NCBI GenBank assembly: GCA_963778605.1
Contig: CAVZVF010000001.1
Span: 448,995 to 512,994 of the forward strand
Origin: an uncultured Bacteroidales bacterium
GTDB taxonomy: Bacteria; Bacteroidota; Bacteroidia; Bacteroidales; VadinHA17
Length of the DNA: 64,000 nt
Direction: 5' to 3'
Below are positions 1 to 11,059 of the stretch, one piece after another. The translations under genes and the position numbers were made by a program. The notes beneath the pieces were generated by a model. It worked only from the letters and a program-made list of their open reading frames with translations. It was not told where the DNA came from and ran no database searches. Each line of letters begins with the position of its first letter. Within the stretch, counting starts at the first letter, position 1.

Positions 1-2217
1 TGATACATGATCCCAACCGCTTTGCGAGTCATCCTCCAAAACAAAAATAACAGTGTTTTCCCAGAACCTGCTCTTTGAAAAAGCTTCTACGATTCGTCCG
101 AGGGCATAATCATTATCCGCAATAAATGCTCTTGGAGTGGGAAAGCCAGGACGGGTTCCGTTGGTATGATCATTTGGCAGAGCTACAATCATAAGTTCAG
201 GGAGCTGGTCACCTGGCTTTGCTTCATAATCATTCAGTTCTTTGATCAGGGCATCAGCCCTCATCGCATCGGAAAACTTATGGTTCCCAAATGATGGAAA
301 TGTAGGACAGAGAATCTTACTGACCGGTTCAATGGTAGTATGATTGGTAAACTGAATTTTTTCACCGCTTTTATATTTTTTATAGATATCGGTCCAGTTC
401 AGTTTCTCATCCATAACCGGGGATGATGCTTCGCCATAGATCCTGGCAGATTTTCCATGACTTGTGACATTATCCCAGATGAATCCGGTTGGTGCATAAA
501 CAAGGGCATCGGTCTGAACATGAGCATAACTTCTGAACCATGCCCTCATATTTTTCTCGATATAGTCTGTTACAATTGACGCATCGGTCCACTGGTGTCC
601 TTCGGCTGAGCATTTACCTGAAACATGGAAATTATCCAGCAGGATGAACTCTTCACTAAGCTTATGGGTATTCGGGGTAATTTCTTTGCCATATATGCAC
701 AGACCCGGATCTCCGTTACCCTGTTTCATGTCACCAAGTATCTGGTCATAGGTTCTGTTTTCCTTTATAATATATACAACATGTTTGAATACCGATGGTT
801 CTCCTATTCTGTCAGGAACAGGTTTGGGCTGTACAGTTTGCCGTGGTTTTGCCCTGGCTGATGTTGCTCTTGAAAGATCATTTACAGCTATCACGGTATC
901 AGTATACGCTTTAAGGTTTCTTTTGCCCGGAACCGGGATCACCGATATTGATGCAAGCATATGATGAGAGTTATAAACCGGGTTTAAAGTATTTGGATCT
1001 GTCAGACCTAACCTGGCGCCTGCTGCCTCAAGGTTACATACATAAAGGTATCGTCCATTCAGTATACTTACAGCTGAAGGGTAAGCCCCGGTAGGTATAA
1101 ATCCTGATACTATGCTTACCTTATTTGAAGCCTTTTCAGTTGCGCTTTTTCCAAGTTTAATAACTGCCAGTGCATTATCCATTCCGTTTGCAACATATAA
1201 TAACTTGCCATCGGGAGAAAGACACAGGCCATTTGGCGAATCACCAAAGTAGGGATTAATTCCGGGTTGTAGTCTTACGGTTATTGTCTCGGTAACCATA
1301 TCACTTGCGGTATTGATAACAGTTACATTATCACTGTTGGAGTTTGTAACATATACAAACTTACCGCTCCTGTCGCCCGTTATTTCATTAGGGTGCAGCC
1401 CAACAACAATTTCTTTGATAATTTTGCCGCTCGAGGGATCAATTACCGTTACGCTTCCTTCCCTTGTTGCACCTCCGGCCTGGTTATCAACTCTTGCAAG
1501 TCCCCATGGAACCCCTGCAACCTCATTATCATAAGTTTCAGGATGCCTGCCTGCCCAATTGGTTACATAAAGCTTTCCGGAAGACATAGTCAGACCATAT
1601 GGAGCAACACCGGGATCCGTTTCCCAGACTGTTTCGCCTGAGTTCAGATCCTGTTTTATCACTTTATTGTTCCCATTCAAAACAACATAAAGGAAGTTCT
1701 TCGACGATTCCCTGGTTATCAGAATTTCATTTGGCAGGGCAACATCGGTTTTTGGTGCTGCTTTATATTCCAACAGCCGCCCGAAATCAGCTTTAATGCC
1801 ATCCCACCTGGCAGAAGCAACAAAAGATCTTTTGTTAGCGCCGGTTGTACTCCAGTATAGTTCCGGGGTAGAATTTCCGGTAAACCAGGTAATACCCGAA
1901 TAAGTATTCATTCCTCCACGGAGGTCAGGGTGAAGATTATTTGGAAGTGTGTACTTCACTTTATTGTCATTGGTGCTGATAAAGACGATACTGTATCTTT
2001 CCTCTACAGCAATCCATTTTCCATCAGGTGATAAAGCGGCATCAAGGGAATGGTTTTCGAGGGCTTCATTACCAAAGTAAACCTGAATTCCGGCAGGCTG
2101 AATCAACCTGTTATAAGGCAGCTGAACCCGTTCATCACTGGCAGTAACTTTTACGGGAGTCTGTGCAAATGTATTTAATGACAGAACAATGAAAAGGAGT
2201 GAAAATATTTGTTTCAT
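1..2217 (-). CDS. Secreted bifunctional beta-propeller (YncE/YVTN-like) / phosphoesterase-family protein (phospholipase C / AcpA acid phosphatase family); the 3' end runs off the window
   Basis: Absent from the ORF track because it has no stop codon inside the window. The reverse strand is open from the ATG at 2217-2215 to base 1 (739 codons). My translation gives the signal peptide MKQIFSLLFIVLSLNTFAQ, propeller-like repeats (KLYVTNW, KFVYVTNSNSDNVTVI, LLYVANGMDNALAVI), then phosphoesterase motifs YIIKENRTYDQILGD, ALPNDHTNG and LEDDSQSGWDHV. Confidence 0.75.
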   Translation of the reverse strand, partial: MKQIFSLLFIVLSLNTFAQTPVKVTASDERVQLPYNRLIQPAGIQVYFGNEALENHSLDAALSPDGKWIAVEERYSIVFISTNDNKVKYTLPNNLHPDLRGGMNTYSGITWFTGNSTPELYWSTTGANKRSFVASARWDGIKADFGRLLEYKAAPKTDVALPNEILITRESSKNFLYVVLNGNNKVIKQDLNSGETVWETDPGVAPYGLTMSSGKLYVTNWAGRHPETYDNEVAGVPWGLARVDNQAGGATREGSVTVIDPSSGKIIKEIVVGLHPNEITGDRSGKFVYVTNSNSDNVTVINTASDMVTETITVRLQPGINPYFGDSPNGLCLSPDGKLLYVANGMDNALAVIKLGKSATEKASNKVSIVSGFIPTGAYPSAVSILNGRYLYVCNLEAAGARLGLTDPNTLNPVYNSHHMLASISVIPVPGKRNLKAYTDTVIAVNDLSRATSARAKPRQTVQPKPVPDRIGEPSVFKHVVYIIKENRTYDQILGDMKQGNGDPGLCIYGKEITPNTHKLSEEFILLDNFHVSGKCSAEGHQWTDASIVTDYIEKNMRAWFRSYAHVQTDALVYAPTGFIWDNVTSHGKSARIYGEASSPVMDEKLNWTDIYKKYKSGEKIQFTNHTTIEPVSKILCPTFPSFGNHKFSDAMRADALIKELNDYEAKPGDQLPELMIVALPNDHTNGTRPGFPTPRAFIADNDYALGRIVEAFSKSRFWENTVIFVLEDDSQSGWDHVS

Positions 2218-2302
2218 TGTGAAATGGTTTATATTATAATTTATTTGTATTGGCTGATAATCATTGATTTATAACACGGGTAAAAATCATGGCAAATAAA
2301 AA

Positions 2303-2328
2303 GAGGCCGGATTTAAAAATCCAGCCTC
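2303..2328 (-). terminator. Rho-independent terminator candidate downstream of the DUF3127 gene
   Basis: gaggccggattt-aa-aaatccagcctc forms a 12-bp stem with 1 mismatch. On the minus strand it is followed by a T-rich run (the reverse complement of ggcaaataaaaa). Confidence 0.5.
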
Positions 2329-2337
2329 CAGTCTATT

Positions 2338-2718
2338 TTAGAAAGGTAAATCGCTTAATTCATCATTTTCCGGTGGGATGTCTTCCATGGTACTAGGCGG
2401 TGAAATGTTCTGATCTCTTCCAGGGGAAGTAGTTTTTTCTATTTTCCACGCATCAAGATTGGTAAAATAGTTGATTTTACCATCCCGTTCCCATTTGTTT
2501 CCTTTGAGGTTGAACCATATTTTTACATCCTCGTTCAGAAACGATTCATTAATCAGGTCACACTTATCCTGGATAAGCTGGAACTTGATATAGTCGATAA
2601 ACACTGCTGAGCCACCAGTCTCTTTTTTCTCAATGACAAACTCGCGTTTTTTGAATTTGTCACTTACCTGATTAACAGGGGAGATATCAATAATTTTTCC
2701 AGTTACTTCAAAAGCCAT
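2338..2718 (-). CDS. DUF3127-like small protein
   Basis: 126-aa ORF. The N-terminal part (MAFEVTGKIIDISPVNQVSDKFKKREFVIE...DYIKFQL.QDKCDL...VKIWFNLKGNKWERDGK.NYFTNLDAWKIE) matches my memory of the OB-fold-like DUF3127 family of Bacteroidota. The C-terminal tail is acidic. Confidence 0.6.
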   Translation of the reverse strand: MAFEVTGKIIDISPVNQVSDKFKKREFVIEKKETGGSAVFIDYIKFQLIQDKCDLINESFLNEDVKIWFNLKGNKWERDGKINYFTNLDAWKIEKTTSPGRDQNISPPSTMEDIPPENDELSDLPF

Positions 2719-2724
2719 ATACGT

Positions 2725-3183
2725 CTATTCTTCGTAAATTATGATCTTTTCAATTTTGTCACCCTGTTTTATATTATCAATTACATCAAGGCCCTCAAAA
2801 ACTTTTCCAAAGCAGGTATGCTGCCGGTCGAGATGTTTTGTATTTGTCCTGCTGTGACATATAAAAAATTGAGATCCCCCGGTATTTCTCCCGGCATGTG
2901 CCATTGAAAGCACACCTTTATCGTGATACTGGTTGTTGCCATCGAGTTCACATTTAATCTTATAACCGGGACCACCTGTACCTACTCTTGGATCATTCAT
3001 GTCTTTTGAAAGCGGGCAGCCTCCCTGAATAACAAAGTCTGGAATAACTCTATGGAATGCAAGTCCGTCATAGAACCCCTTTTTTGCAAGAGTGACAAAA
3101 TTTTCCACAGTACCCGGAGCATCTTCTTCATAGAAGCTGATCTTCATGGCCCCTCTCTGGGTTTGTATCTCTGCGGTCCTCAT
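2725..3183 (-). CDS. Cyclophilin-type peptidyl-prolyl cis-trans isomerase
   Basis: Cyclophilin hallmarks FHRVIPDFVIQGG, GPGY, LSMAHAG.NTGGSQFFI and HLD..HT.FGKV.EG.DV. Confidence 0.9.
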   Translation of the reverse strand: MRTAEIQTQRGAMKISFYEEDAPGTVENFVTLAKKGFYDGLAFHRVIPDFVIQGGCPLSKDMNDPRVGTGGPGYKIKCELDGNNQYHDKGVLSMAHAGRNTGGSQFFICHSRTNTKHLDRQHTCFGKVFEGLDVIDNIKQGDKIEKIIIYEE

Positions 3184-3184
3184 A

Positions 3185-3898
3185 TTATTTTACTATTTCA
3201 AGAAGCTCAACGTCAAATATCAGAGTTGAATAGGGTTTAATTATTTCACCAGCTCCATTTGCTCCATAAGCAATAGATTCAGGAAGATAAAGCTTGAATT
3301 TTGACCCTACCGGCATTAACTGCAATGCTTCCGTCCATCCTGGTATTACACCTGAAACAGGAAAAGTTGCAGGTTCATTTCTTTTTACTGAGGAGTCAAA
3401 TTCGGTACCGTCAATCAATGTGCCAACGTAATGAACTTTAACTGTACTTTCGGCTGTTGGTTTAGGACCAGTCCCCATTTTAATTACCTCATACTGCAAT
3501 CCGCTTGGAGTAACAATAACGCCGGGTTTTTCCTTATTTTTGGCAAGGAACTCCTCATTCTGGGCAATATAATCCTTGTAAGTTACCTTGTTAGTTTCAG
3601 CCTTTTGTGCTGCTTTTGCTGTTTCACGACTATTAATGAACGCCATTATATAGCTCCTGGCACTTTCATCGGTCATAGCTGCTTTCCCGTCTTTCCCGTC
3701 GAGCATGGCTTTCGCAACCAGGGTCGGATTTAGTATCAGACTGTCACCAACAAGTGCATTATAATTTACTATACCAAAAGCATAAGAAAGTGAATCCTCA
3801 TTACTTTTTATTTTTGCATTTTGAATAGAATTTTTAGCACAAGAGCCAAGCATTATGGCAATTATACCCGTCAAAATAAATAATCCCTTCATTTTCAT
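3185..3898 (-). CDS. FKBP-type peptidyl-prolyl isomerase lipoprotein (FkpA/Mip-like)
   Basis: Signal peptide with a lipobox-like LGSC. The C-terminal FKBP domain shows VKVHYVGTLIDGTEFDSS, FPV.GVIPGWTEALQLMPVGSKFKLYLP and AYG..GAG..I.P.STLIFDVELLEI. Confidence 0.85.
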   Translation of the reverse strand: MKMKGLFILTGIIAIMLGSCAKNSIQNAKIKSNEDSLSYAFGIVNYNALVGDSLILNPTLVAKAMLDGKDGKAAMTDESARSYIMAFINSRETAKAAQKAETNKVTYKDYIAQNEEFLAKNKEKPGVIVTPSGLQYEVIKMGTGPKPTAESTVKVHYVGTLIDGTEFDSSVKRNEPATFPVSGVIPGWTEALQLMPVGSKFKLYLPESIAYGANGAGEIIKPYSTLIFDVELLEIVK

Positions 3899-3975
3899 AC
3901 TATATGTTTTTAATTTTAAAATTTCCGCTAAGATAACACTTTGATTAAAGCAAAATTAAGTGATAAAAATAATTT

Positions 3976-4632
3976 TCATTTTTTTTCAGCTCTTATCATC
4001 TCTCTTTTTCCCGGAGGACCGGGAATAAGAGTCACTTCAAAACCGTTTGCCCTAAGGTTTCGTTTGACTTCACCTTTGGCAGAATATGTGACCAGGATTC
4101 CATTCCTGGAAGTAATTGCGGAAATCATTTCAAAAATACTCTTTCTCCACATTTCCGGTTGCTTGTCCGGACCAAATGCATCAAAATAAATAAGATTATA
4201 ACTGCCGGTGAATATTGTTTTTGTAATGTCGGCATTAATTTTTTTCAGATTAAATTTTTTGCAGATCTTTTTTGCTGTGTTCCATTTTGCGGAATGAATC
4301 AACTCAAATATTTTCTTACCTTTTTTATCGGTAAACTCATGATAATTAAGCGATTTCCAGACATTATCAGATAAGGGAAATTTCTCCACCGTAGTATAAT
4401 TGACTTCCCTGTTACCTTCCATACACTCCATAGCAGTAAGAAGCGCATTGAGGCCTGTTCCAAAGCCCACTTCAAAAATGTTTACTGGGTCAGACTTGCA
4501 ATACCTGTACCCGGAATTGATGAAGATATGGGTTGATTCCTGAACGGCTCCATGTATGGAGTGATAATGTTCATTTAATTCAGGAACATAAATTGTATGG
4601 GAACCGTCAGATGTTATGACTAATTGATTCAA
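3976..4632 (-). CDS. mnmD: tRNA 5-methylaminomethyl-2-thiouridine methyltransferase MnmD (stand-alone MnmC methyltransferase domain, DUF752)
   Basis: Motifs SDGSHT....L.E.YHS.HGA..ES.H.F, I.E.GFGTGLN and YFDAF.P..QPE.W. The size (218 aa) fits. Confidence 0.7.
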   Translation of the reverse strand: MNQLVITSDGSHTIYVPELNEHYHSIHGAVQESTHIFINSGYRYCKSDPVNIFEVGFGTGLNALLTAMECMEGNREVNYTTVEKFPLSDNVWKSLNYHEFTDKKGKKIFELIHSAKWNTAKKICKKFNLKKINADITKTIFTGSYNLIYFDAFGPDKQPEMWRKSIFEMISAITSRNGILVTYSAKGEVKRNLRANGFEVTLIPGPPGKREMIRAEKK

Positions 4633-4843
4633 TGGTCAGATTTTAATTCAGCCGGTACTTAAAACTGGTTACCGGATCCATTAATACAGGTATCTATAAG
4701 TAACTAATGCCCTCACACGCACCCGGCACCCGCTGATATCAGAATAAATTTATTAAATATAAAGGAATAACTGAAATATAGGCCCGTTCCTTAAACCCGT
4801 TCATTATAAAGCCGGATTATTTTTAGCTGATAAATATAATAAT

Positions 4844-4851
4844 TATATTTG
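4844..4851 (+). promoter_or_regulatory. Candidate Bacteroidota -7 promoter box (TAnnTTTG) for the efflux operon
   Basis: tatatttg lies 33 nt upstream of the ATG at 4884. This is a motif match only. Confidence 0.3.
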
Positions 4852-4883
4852 TCTGAATTTTTAAAACGCTGGCTTTTTGATTG

Positions 4884-5252
4884 ATGAATAAGATTATCAG
4901 AAGAATACGGTTATTGTCCTTGTTTTTTGCTGCACTGGCAATCAACCTTCACATGATAATCCCTCATGACCACCATCCTTTTGAGTCGGTCACCAGTCAG
5001 GATGATACGTGTCCGTTGACCAATAGCAAAACCAATCAGCACTCAGGCTTTCCTGTCCATTGTCATGCATGTAATGACCTGACTTCTGAAAAAGGCATAA
5101 CATTGGACGTTATCAGGAATACGCATAACATAAATTTTAAAGTCCCCGGAATATTTGATCCGACAGTGTTTAAGTTACAAACAACCGGAATTAGAATAAT
5201 TGAATTCTCCAAACCGCTTTTTAAGCGGACCCGCCTGATTTATCCCTTCTGA
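4884..5252 (+). CDS. Small His/Cys-rich membrane-anchored hypothetical protein, first gene of the efflux operon
   Basis: The ORF track starts at TTG 4881, and an ATG follows at 4884. There is an N-terminal hydrophobic helix, then IIPHDHHPFE...DDTCP...QHSGFPVHCHACND. Its position is directly upstream of czcA. Confidence 0.45.
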   Translation: MNKIIRRIRLLSLFFAALAINLHMIIPHDHHPFESVTSQDDTCPLTNSKTNQHSGFPVHCHACNDLTSEKGITLDVIRNTHNINFKVPGIFDPTVFKLQTTGIRIIEFSKPLFKRTRLIYPF

Positions 5253-5413
5253 GAGCTCCCCCATCTTTAGGTTAATTATTACACCAGCACATTGTAATTG
5301 AGGATATAACACTATCCCCATTATGCATTTTCTGGTTTTTTCAGAAGAAGTTCCCCTTGCCAGGACTTATATATCAGATAATTAGCAAAAAACATTAATT
5401 TTTTCCTGCGATA

Positions 5414-8400
5414 ATGATAAATCGAATTATCACATTCTCAATAAAAAATAAATTCATAATAGGACTGTTCGTTCTGGCTTTGATAGGTTGGGGAACCTAC
5501 TCATTAACCAGCTTGCCGATTGATGCTATTCCGGACATTACCAATAACCAGGTGCAGGTCATTTCCCTTGCACCTTCCCTTGCTGTTCAGGAAGTTGAGA
5601 GTTTTATAACTGCACCCATTGAAGTAGCTGTTGCCAATATTCCCGATATAATTGAACTTCGGTCCATTTCTCGTTTAGGATTATCTGTGGTGACCGTAGT
5701 ATTTGAAGACGGGGTGGATGTTTATTGGGCAAGGCAGCAACTGACTGAACGTTTGAAAGAAGCTGAAGAGGCAATCCCGGCAGGACTTGCACAGATATCT
5801 CTTGCTCCGATCTCAACCGGGCTGGGAGAGATATTTCAGTATCGTCTTGCAGTGGAAAAGGGATATGAGAAAAAGTTTAATCCTATGGAACTGCGTACAA
5901 TCCAGGATTGGGTCGTCAGGCGCGAAATGCTCGGTACACCAGGTGTTGCTGATATAAACAGTTATGGCGGATTTGTCAAGCAGTACGAAATAGCTGTAAA
6001 TCCTGAAAGACTCAGGAGCATGAAACTTACTCTGACAGACATTTTTAATGCACTTGAGAAGAACAACGAAAACACAGGAAGTGCTTATATCGACAAAAAA
6101 CCCACAGCCTATTTTATACGTGGAATCGGACTGGTTAAAACTATAGATGATATTGAAAAGATTGTTGTAAAAACAAGTAATTCAGGTATTCCGATTTTAA
6201 TCAGGGATATAGCAACAGTTCAGTTTGGCAACGCAACCCGGTACGGAGCATTTGTGGTTGATACTTCTGAAGCGGTAGGAGGCGTCGTAATGATGTTAAA
6301 GGGTGCAAATGCACATGAGGTAATCCATAATGTGGAAGTCAGGATCGCATCGATCCAGAAATCTTTACCCGGAGAAGTTAAAATTGAACCATACCTGAAT
6401 CGTTCTGATCTGGTTGGCCGATCTATAGGAACAGTTTCAAGAAACCTTATTGAAGGGGCATTGATAGTCATCTTTATACTGGTTCTGTTACTTGGAAATA
6501 TGCGGGCAGGGCTGATTGTGGCATCTGTTATTCCGCTCGCCATGCTATTTGCAGTTTCCATGATGAACCTGTTCGGGGTTTCAGGAAACCTGATGAGCCT
6601 GGGGGCAATTGACTTCGGACTGATAGTTGATGGCGCTGTAATTATTGTAGAAAGTGTTGTGCATCGGATTTACAAGAGCAAGCAGCATCATTCGGGTGTG
6701 GCAAAGCTTACACAGGCTCAGATGGATGATAATGTACTTGATTCGGCTAAACGAATGATGAGCTCGGCAACATTCGGTCAGATTATAATTCTAATTGTTT
6801 ATCTTCCTATAATGGCGCTTGTGGGAATTGAAGGTAAAATGTTTCGTCCTATGGCACAGGTAGTTACATTTGCACTTTTGGGAGCTGCCATTCTTTCACT
6901 TACCTATGTTCCTATGGCTTCCTCATTATTCCTGAGTAAGAATACGAGTCATAAGCCAGGTTTTTCTGATCATCTGATGGACTGGTTACATAAAGTATTT
7001 AATCCTGCAATTGCATTTGCTCTCAGACATAAATTACTGGTCTCTGTTTCAGCAGTTGTACTGTTCCTGTTCAGTCTCTTTTTGTTCAGCCGTTTAGGTG
7101 GAGAGTTCATTCCGCAGCTGGAAGAAGGTGACCTTGCCTCAGGTGTTATGACTCTTCAGGGAGGATCTCTTTCCAATACTGTTGATAAAGTAATCATGGC
7201 AAATAAAATATTACTGGAAAATTTTCCGGAGGTAAAACATGCTGTATGCAAGATAGGTGCAGGTGAAATACCTACTGATCCCACGCCGATGGAGACAGGT
7301 GATTATATAATAACCCTTAAAGATAAGAGTGAATGGGTATCAGCAACAACCAGGGAAGAGCTGGTAGGGAAAATGGAAGAGAAACTGGTAGCACTGGCAG
7401 GTGTAAAATTCGAATTTCAGCAACCAATCCAGATGAGATTTAATGAATTGATGACAGGATCAAAGCAGGATATCGCAATCAAGATCTTTGGAGACGACCT
7501 CGACCATTCTTGCAGCGAAAGCTTCTGAAGTTGAGAAAATCATTCAGACAATAACGGGTGTGCAGGATATAAATGTTGAGAAGGTTACAGGCCTGGCACA
7601 GATACAGGTTGAATATAACCGTGACCGTCTCGCACAGTATGGACTTTCTGTTGAGGATGTAAACAGTATTCTGCGGGCTGCATTTGCCGGTAGTCAGGCA
7701 GGAGTGGTATTTGATGAAGAAAAACGGTTCGGACTGGTTGTACGGCTGGATAAAGATTACAGGCAAAGCCTTGATGATATTAAGAATCTTACAGTAGCAT
7801 TACCTGACGGTAACCAGATACCCTTTGAACAGGTAGCTGACATCTCAGTTAAATCAGGCCCTGCCCAGGTTTCACGGGAGGATACAAAACGGAGGATCAC
7901 AATTGGATTCAATGTACGTAACCGTGATGTTAAAAGCGTTATAAAAGATGTTACTGCACAGGTTGATGAGAAAATAAGTCTGCCCACAGGTTATTATGTT
8001 TCTTACGGAGGTCAGTTTAAGAATCTTGAAGCTGCACAAAAAAGACTTTCAATTGCTGTTCCGATAGCACTGCTCTTAATTTTTGTATTGCTTTACTTTA
8101 CTTTTCATTCCATGAAACAATCTCTTCTGATTTTTTCGGCTGTTCCTATGTCAGCCATTGGTGGAATACTGGCCTTATGGGTGCGCGGGATGAATTTCTC
8201 GATTTCGGCCGGGGTTGGCTTTATTGCCTTGTTTGGAGTGGCAGTACTCAACGGAATAGTGCTGATTGCAGAGTTTAACCGTCTGGAAAAGGAGGGAGTT
8301 ACGGATATTAAAGAAAGAGTTCTGAAGGGACTTCATTCCCGTTTACGTCCTGTAATAATGACTGCTGCTGTTGCATCGCTGGGATTCCTGCCGATGGCCT

Positions 8401-8618
8401 TGTCTACCTCTGCAGGTGCTGAAGTACAAAAACCTCTTGCAACAGTTGTGATAGGGGGACTTATTACCGCAACTATTCTTACTTTGATTATTCTGCCGGT
8501 TTTTTATGTCATTTTTTCCTCAGGCAGACTAAAATTCAGATTTTGGAAAAAGTCAGTACTGACACCGTCAATATTTCTGGTTCTTTTTGGGATTCACTTC
8601 ATTTTTAACACGATATAA
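5414..8618 (+). pseudogene. czcA: CzcA/CusA-family heavy-metal RND efflux pump, frameshifted as sequenced
   Basis: ORFs 5414..7528 (704 aa) and 7488..8618 (376 aa) are the two halves of one ~1040-aa RND permease. They join at ...IAIKIFGDDLD | ILAAKASEVEKII, so the frame break is near 7505. The last ~25 codons (KKSVLTPSIFLVLFGIHFIF) look like the signal peptide of the next gene read in this frame. Confidence 0.85.
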
Positions 8619-9810
8619 ATGGCCAGCAAATCCCCAGCGTAATCAATCTGCATGATGCTATTCAGACAGCACTGGACAGTAACCTTGCAATCAAATCCGC
8701 TGCTTATTCAGTAGATGAAGAAGAGCACTTAAGGGAGCTTCAGTTGATCTTCCGAAAACAGTAATTGATGGTCAGTATGGGCAGTTTAATTCTTATACAA
8801 ATGATAACAGTTTTACAGTATCCCAATCGTTTGCTTTTCCTTCGGTATATCTAAACAGGTCTAAACTGGCCAACGCTAATATTAAAAGCAGTGAATTACA
8901 GTTCAATATTTCCAAACTGGAAATAGCAACCAGGGTGAAGCAGGTTTACTGGCAATATGTTTATCTGGTGGCGAAACAAAAATTACTGGCATATCAGGAT
9001 AGTCTTTACTCTGGATTCCTTAGGGCAGCCGAATTAAGAGCAAAATCGGGAGAAACAAACAGACTCGAAATGATCACAGCCCGATCACAAAGTCTTGAAA
9101 TAAAAAACCAGTTGTACCAGGTAAAAGCTGATGTTGGCATTTATAACCGCAAACTGATGCTTCTGATGAACAGTACCGTTTTGTCTGTTCCTGTTGAAAA
9201 CAACCTGAACAGAATTGATTTTTCATTTATTAACGACAGCGTATCGGCCAGGCAGAATCCGTCCCTGGGTTACGCTAACCAGCAGATTGAGGTTTCAAAA
9301 ATAGAAAAAAGACTTGAACGCAGTCAGATGCTTCCTGATCTGAATATCGGATATTTCAGTCAGACCATTATCGGAACTCAGGATGTTAATGGCATTGCAA
9401 GATACTTTGGACAGGGTTCCAGGTTTACCGGTGTTCAGGCGGGTATTTCAATCCCACTCTGGTTTGGCCCTTATACGGCACGGTCAAAAGCTGCGAGGAT
9501 AAGCGAAAATGTCGCCAGGACAGATGCTGAGTACCTCAGCAAATCAATATCAGGCAGTTATCATTCATTGCTCGATGAATTCAGCAAATACTCATCAAGC
9601 GTTGATTATTATGAAAAGCAGGCTGTACCGGAAGCTGAACTGATAATCAGTCAGGCAACCCTCAGCTATAAGGCGGGCGCCATGGATTACCTTGATTATG
9701 TGCTGACATTGGACAGGGCACTGGCTATAAAACAGAACTACCTGGATGCTCTTAATAACTGCAACCAGACAATAATATCTATAGAATATATTACAGGTAA
9801 AATATTTTAA
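8547..9810 (+). pseudogene. TolC-family outer-membrane efflux protein (CzcC-like), frameshifted as sequenced
   Basis: The intact C-terminal ORF is 8935..9810. The N-terminal part is recoverable in other frames: QQIPSVINLHDAIQTALDSNLAIKSAAYSVDE..., then ...DLPKTVIDGQYGQFNSYTNDNSFTVSQSFAFPSVYLNRSKLANANIKSSELQF. Frame breaks are near 8615 and 8740. Confidence 0.7.
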
Positions 9811-9850
9811 TAATTGAAAAGGCGCTTGAAAATCAATAACAAAGAATATC

Positions 9851-11038
9851 ATGAAAAACTTAAGAATTAAAAACTCATTAATTATCTGTTTGGGACTGGT
9901 AGTGTTCTTATTCTCCTGCAATAAGGGAAACAATCTGCCCGTTGGAACAATAGTGACCGAAGTCCTGCCGGAAGATATTGTAGAGCTGCGGGCAGACCAG
10001 ATAAAACTGGCAGGAGTTGAACTGGGAGCAATCGAGATCCGATCCCTTGGCAATATTCTAAAAGTTAATGGTATTTTATCCGTAGCGCCACAGAATCTGG
10101 CAACTGTATGCATGCCTTTGGGCGGATTTATCAAAAATACAAATTTGTTACCCGGAAATAATGTAAGCAAAGGTCAGACCCTTGCAGTAATTGAAAACCA
10201 GGATTTCGTTGATATTCAACAGAATTATCTGGAAGCAAAAAACAAACTTGTGTTTGCTGATGCAGATTTTAAGCGTCACTCAGAATTATACAAGAGCGAT
10301 GTTTATTCCGAACAAAACCTGCAACAGGTTACGGTTGAATTTAAGAACCTTAAAGCTCTGGTAAAATCTCTTGAACAGAAGCTTCTTCTAATTGGCATTG
10401 ATCCTGGTAGCCTCAGGGAAGATAATATCAGCAGCTCCGTAAACCTGACCTCTCCCATAAAAGGATTCCTTAAAACAGTTAATGTAAATATTGGGAAATA
10501 TGTTTCACCTACGGATGTGCTTTTCGAAATTGTGAACAGTGACAAACTTTACCTCGAGTTAACCCTTTTTGAAAAGGACGCAGCTAAAGTGGCCGCCGGT
10601 CAGAAAATCAGGTTCTTTATAAATAATGAAACGGAAGAACATGAGGCAGTTATTACACAGACGGCAAAATCTGTCAGCGATGATAAAACTTTCCGTGTAT
10701 ATGCAAGTGTCTCCAGCACCTGTAAAAACCTTTTACCCGGGATGTATGTAAATGCACTAATCGAAGAAGCAAAGGATAATGAGAATGTACTGCCTTCGGA
10801 TGCCGTGGTAAGCTTCGATGATAAAGATTATATTTTTATTTATGAAAGAGAAAAGGAAGAAGCAGGATTTCCGTTCACGGAGTACAGGATGGTTGAGGTC
10901 AAAAAAGGAATATCCTCTTCCGGTTACGTAGGCATAAAAGTTCCTGAAGGAGTTGATCTTACCGGTGCAAAAGTGGTAATCAAAGGTGCCTACAATCTTC
11001 TGTCAGCCAAGAAGAACGCCGGTGAAATGGCCTGCTGA
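9851..11038 (+). CDS. Efflux RND periplasmic adaptor subunit (HlyD/CzcB family) lipoprotein
   Basis: Lipobox LFSC, a coiled-coil hairpin region, barrel-sandwich motifs (V..GQ.LA.IE., SPI.G....V..G.YV) and operon context with czcA/TolC. Confidence 0.85.
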   Translation: MKNLRIKNSLIICLGLVVFLFSCNKGNNLPVGTIVTEVLPEDIVELRADQIKLAGVELGAIEIRSLGNILKVNGILSVAPQNLATVCMPLGGFIKNTNLLPGNNVSKGQTLAVIENQDFVDIQQNYLEAKNKLVFADADFKRHSELYKSDVYSEQNLQQVTVEFKNLKALVKSLEQKLLLIGIDPGSLREDNISSSVNLTSPIKGFLKTVNVNIGKYVSPTDVLFEIVNSDKLYLELTLFEKDAAKVAAGQKIRFFINNETEEHEAVITQTAKSVSDDKTFRVYASVSSTCKNLLPGMYVNALIEEAKDNENVLPSDAVVSFDDKDYIFIYEREKEEAGFPFTEYRMVEVKKGISSSGYVGIKVPEGVDLTGAKVVIKGAYNLLSAKKNAGEMAC

Positions 11039-11059
11039 AAGGTAAAATAATTTTAAATA

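Noticed and set aside
625-1796. Plus-strand ORFs 625-861, 1313-1534, 1393-1641 and 1599-1796.
   Set aside because: They lie antisense to the uninterrupted 739-codon minus-strand phosphoesterase ORF. Their products are low-complexity with no recognisable motifs.
5414-8618. I considered programmed ribosomal frameshifting or stop-codon reassignment as the explanation for split genes such as czcA and hydA.
   Set aside because: The breaks are true frame changes at dozens of unrelated sites, with no common slippery motif. Reading through TGA, TAA or TAG in frame does not restore the proteins. Indel error or decay is the simpler explanation.
9595-10170. A 191-aa minus-strand ORF. Similar antisense ORFs occur at 5604-5816, 6220-6561, 7479-7766, 23638-24087, 55280-55840, 56621-57028, 61731-62105 and 63542-63838.
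   Set aside because: Each is fully antisense to a strongly supported conserved gene. Their compositions are typical of shadow ORFs.
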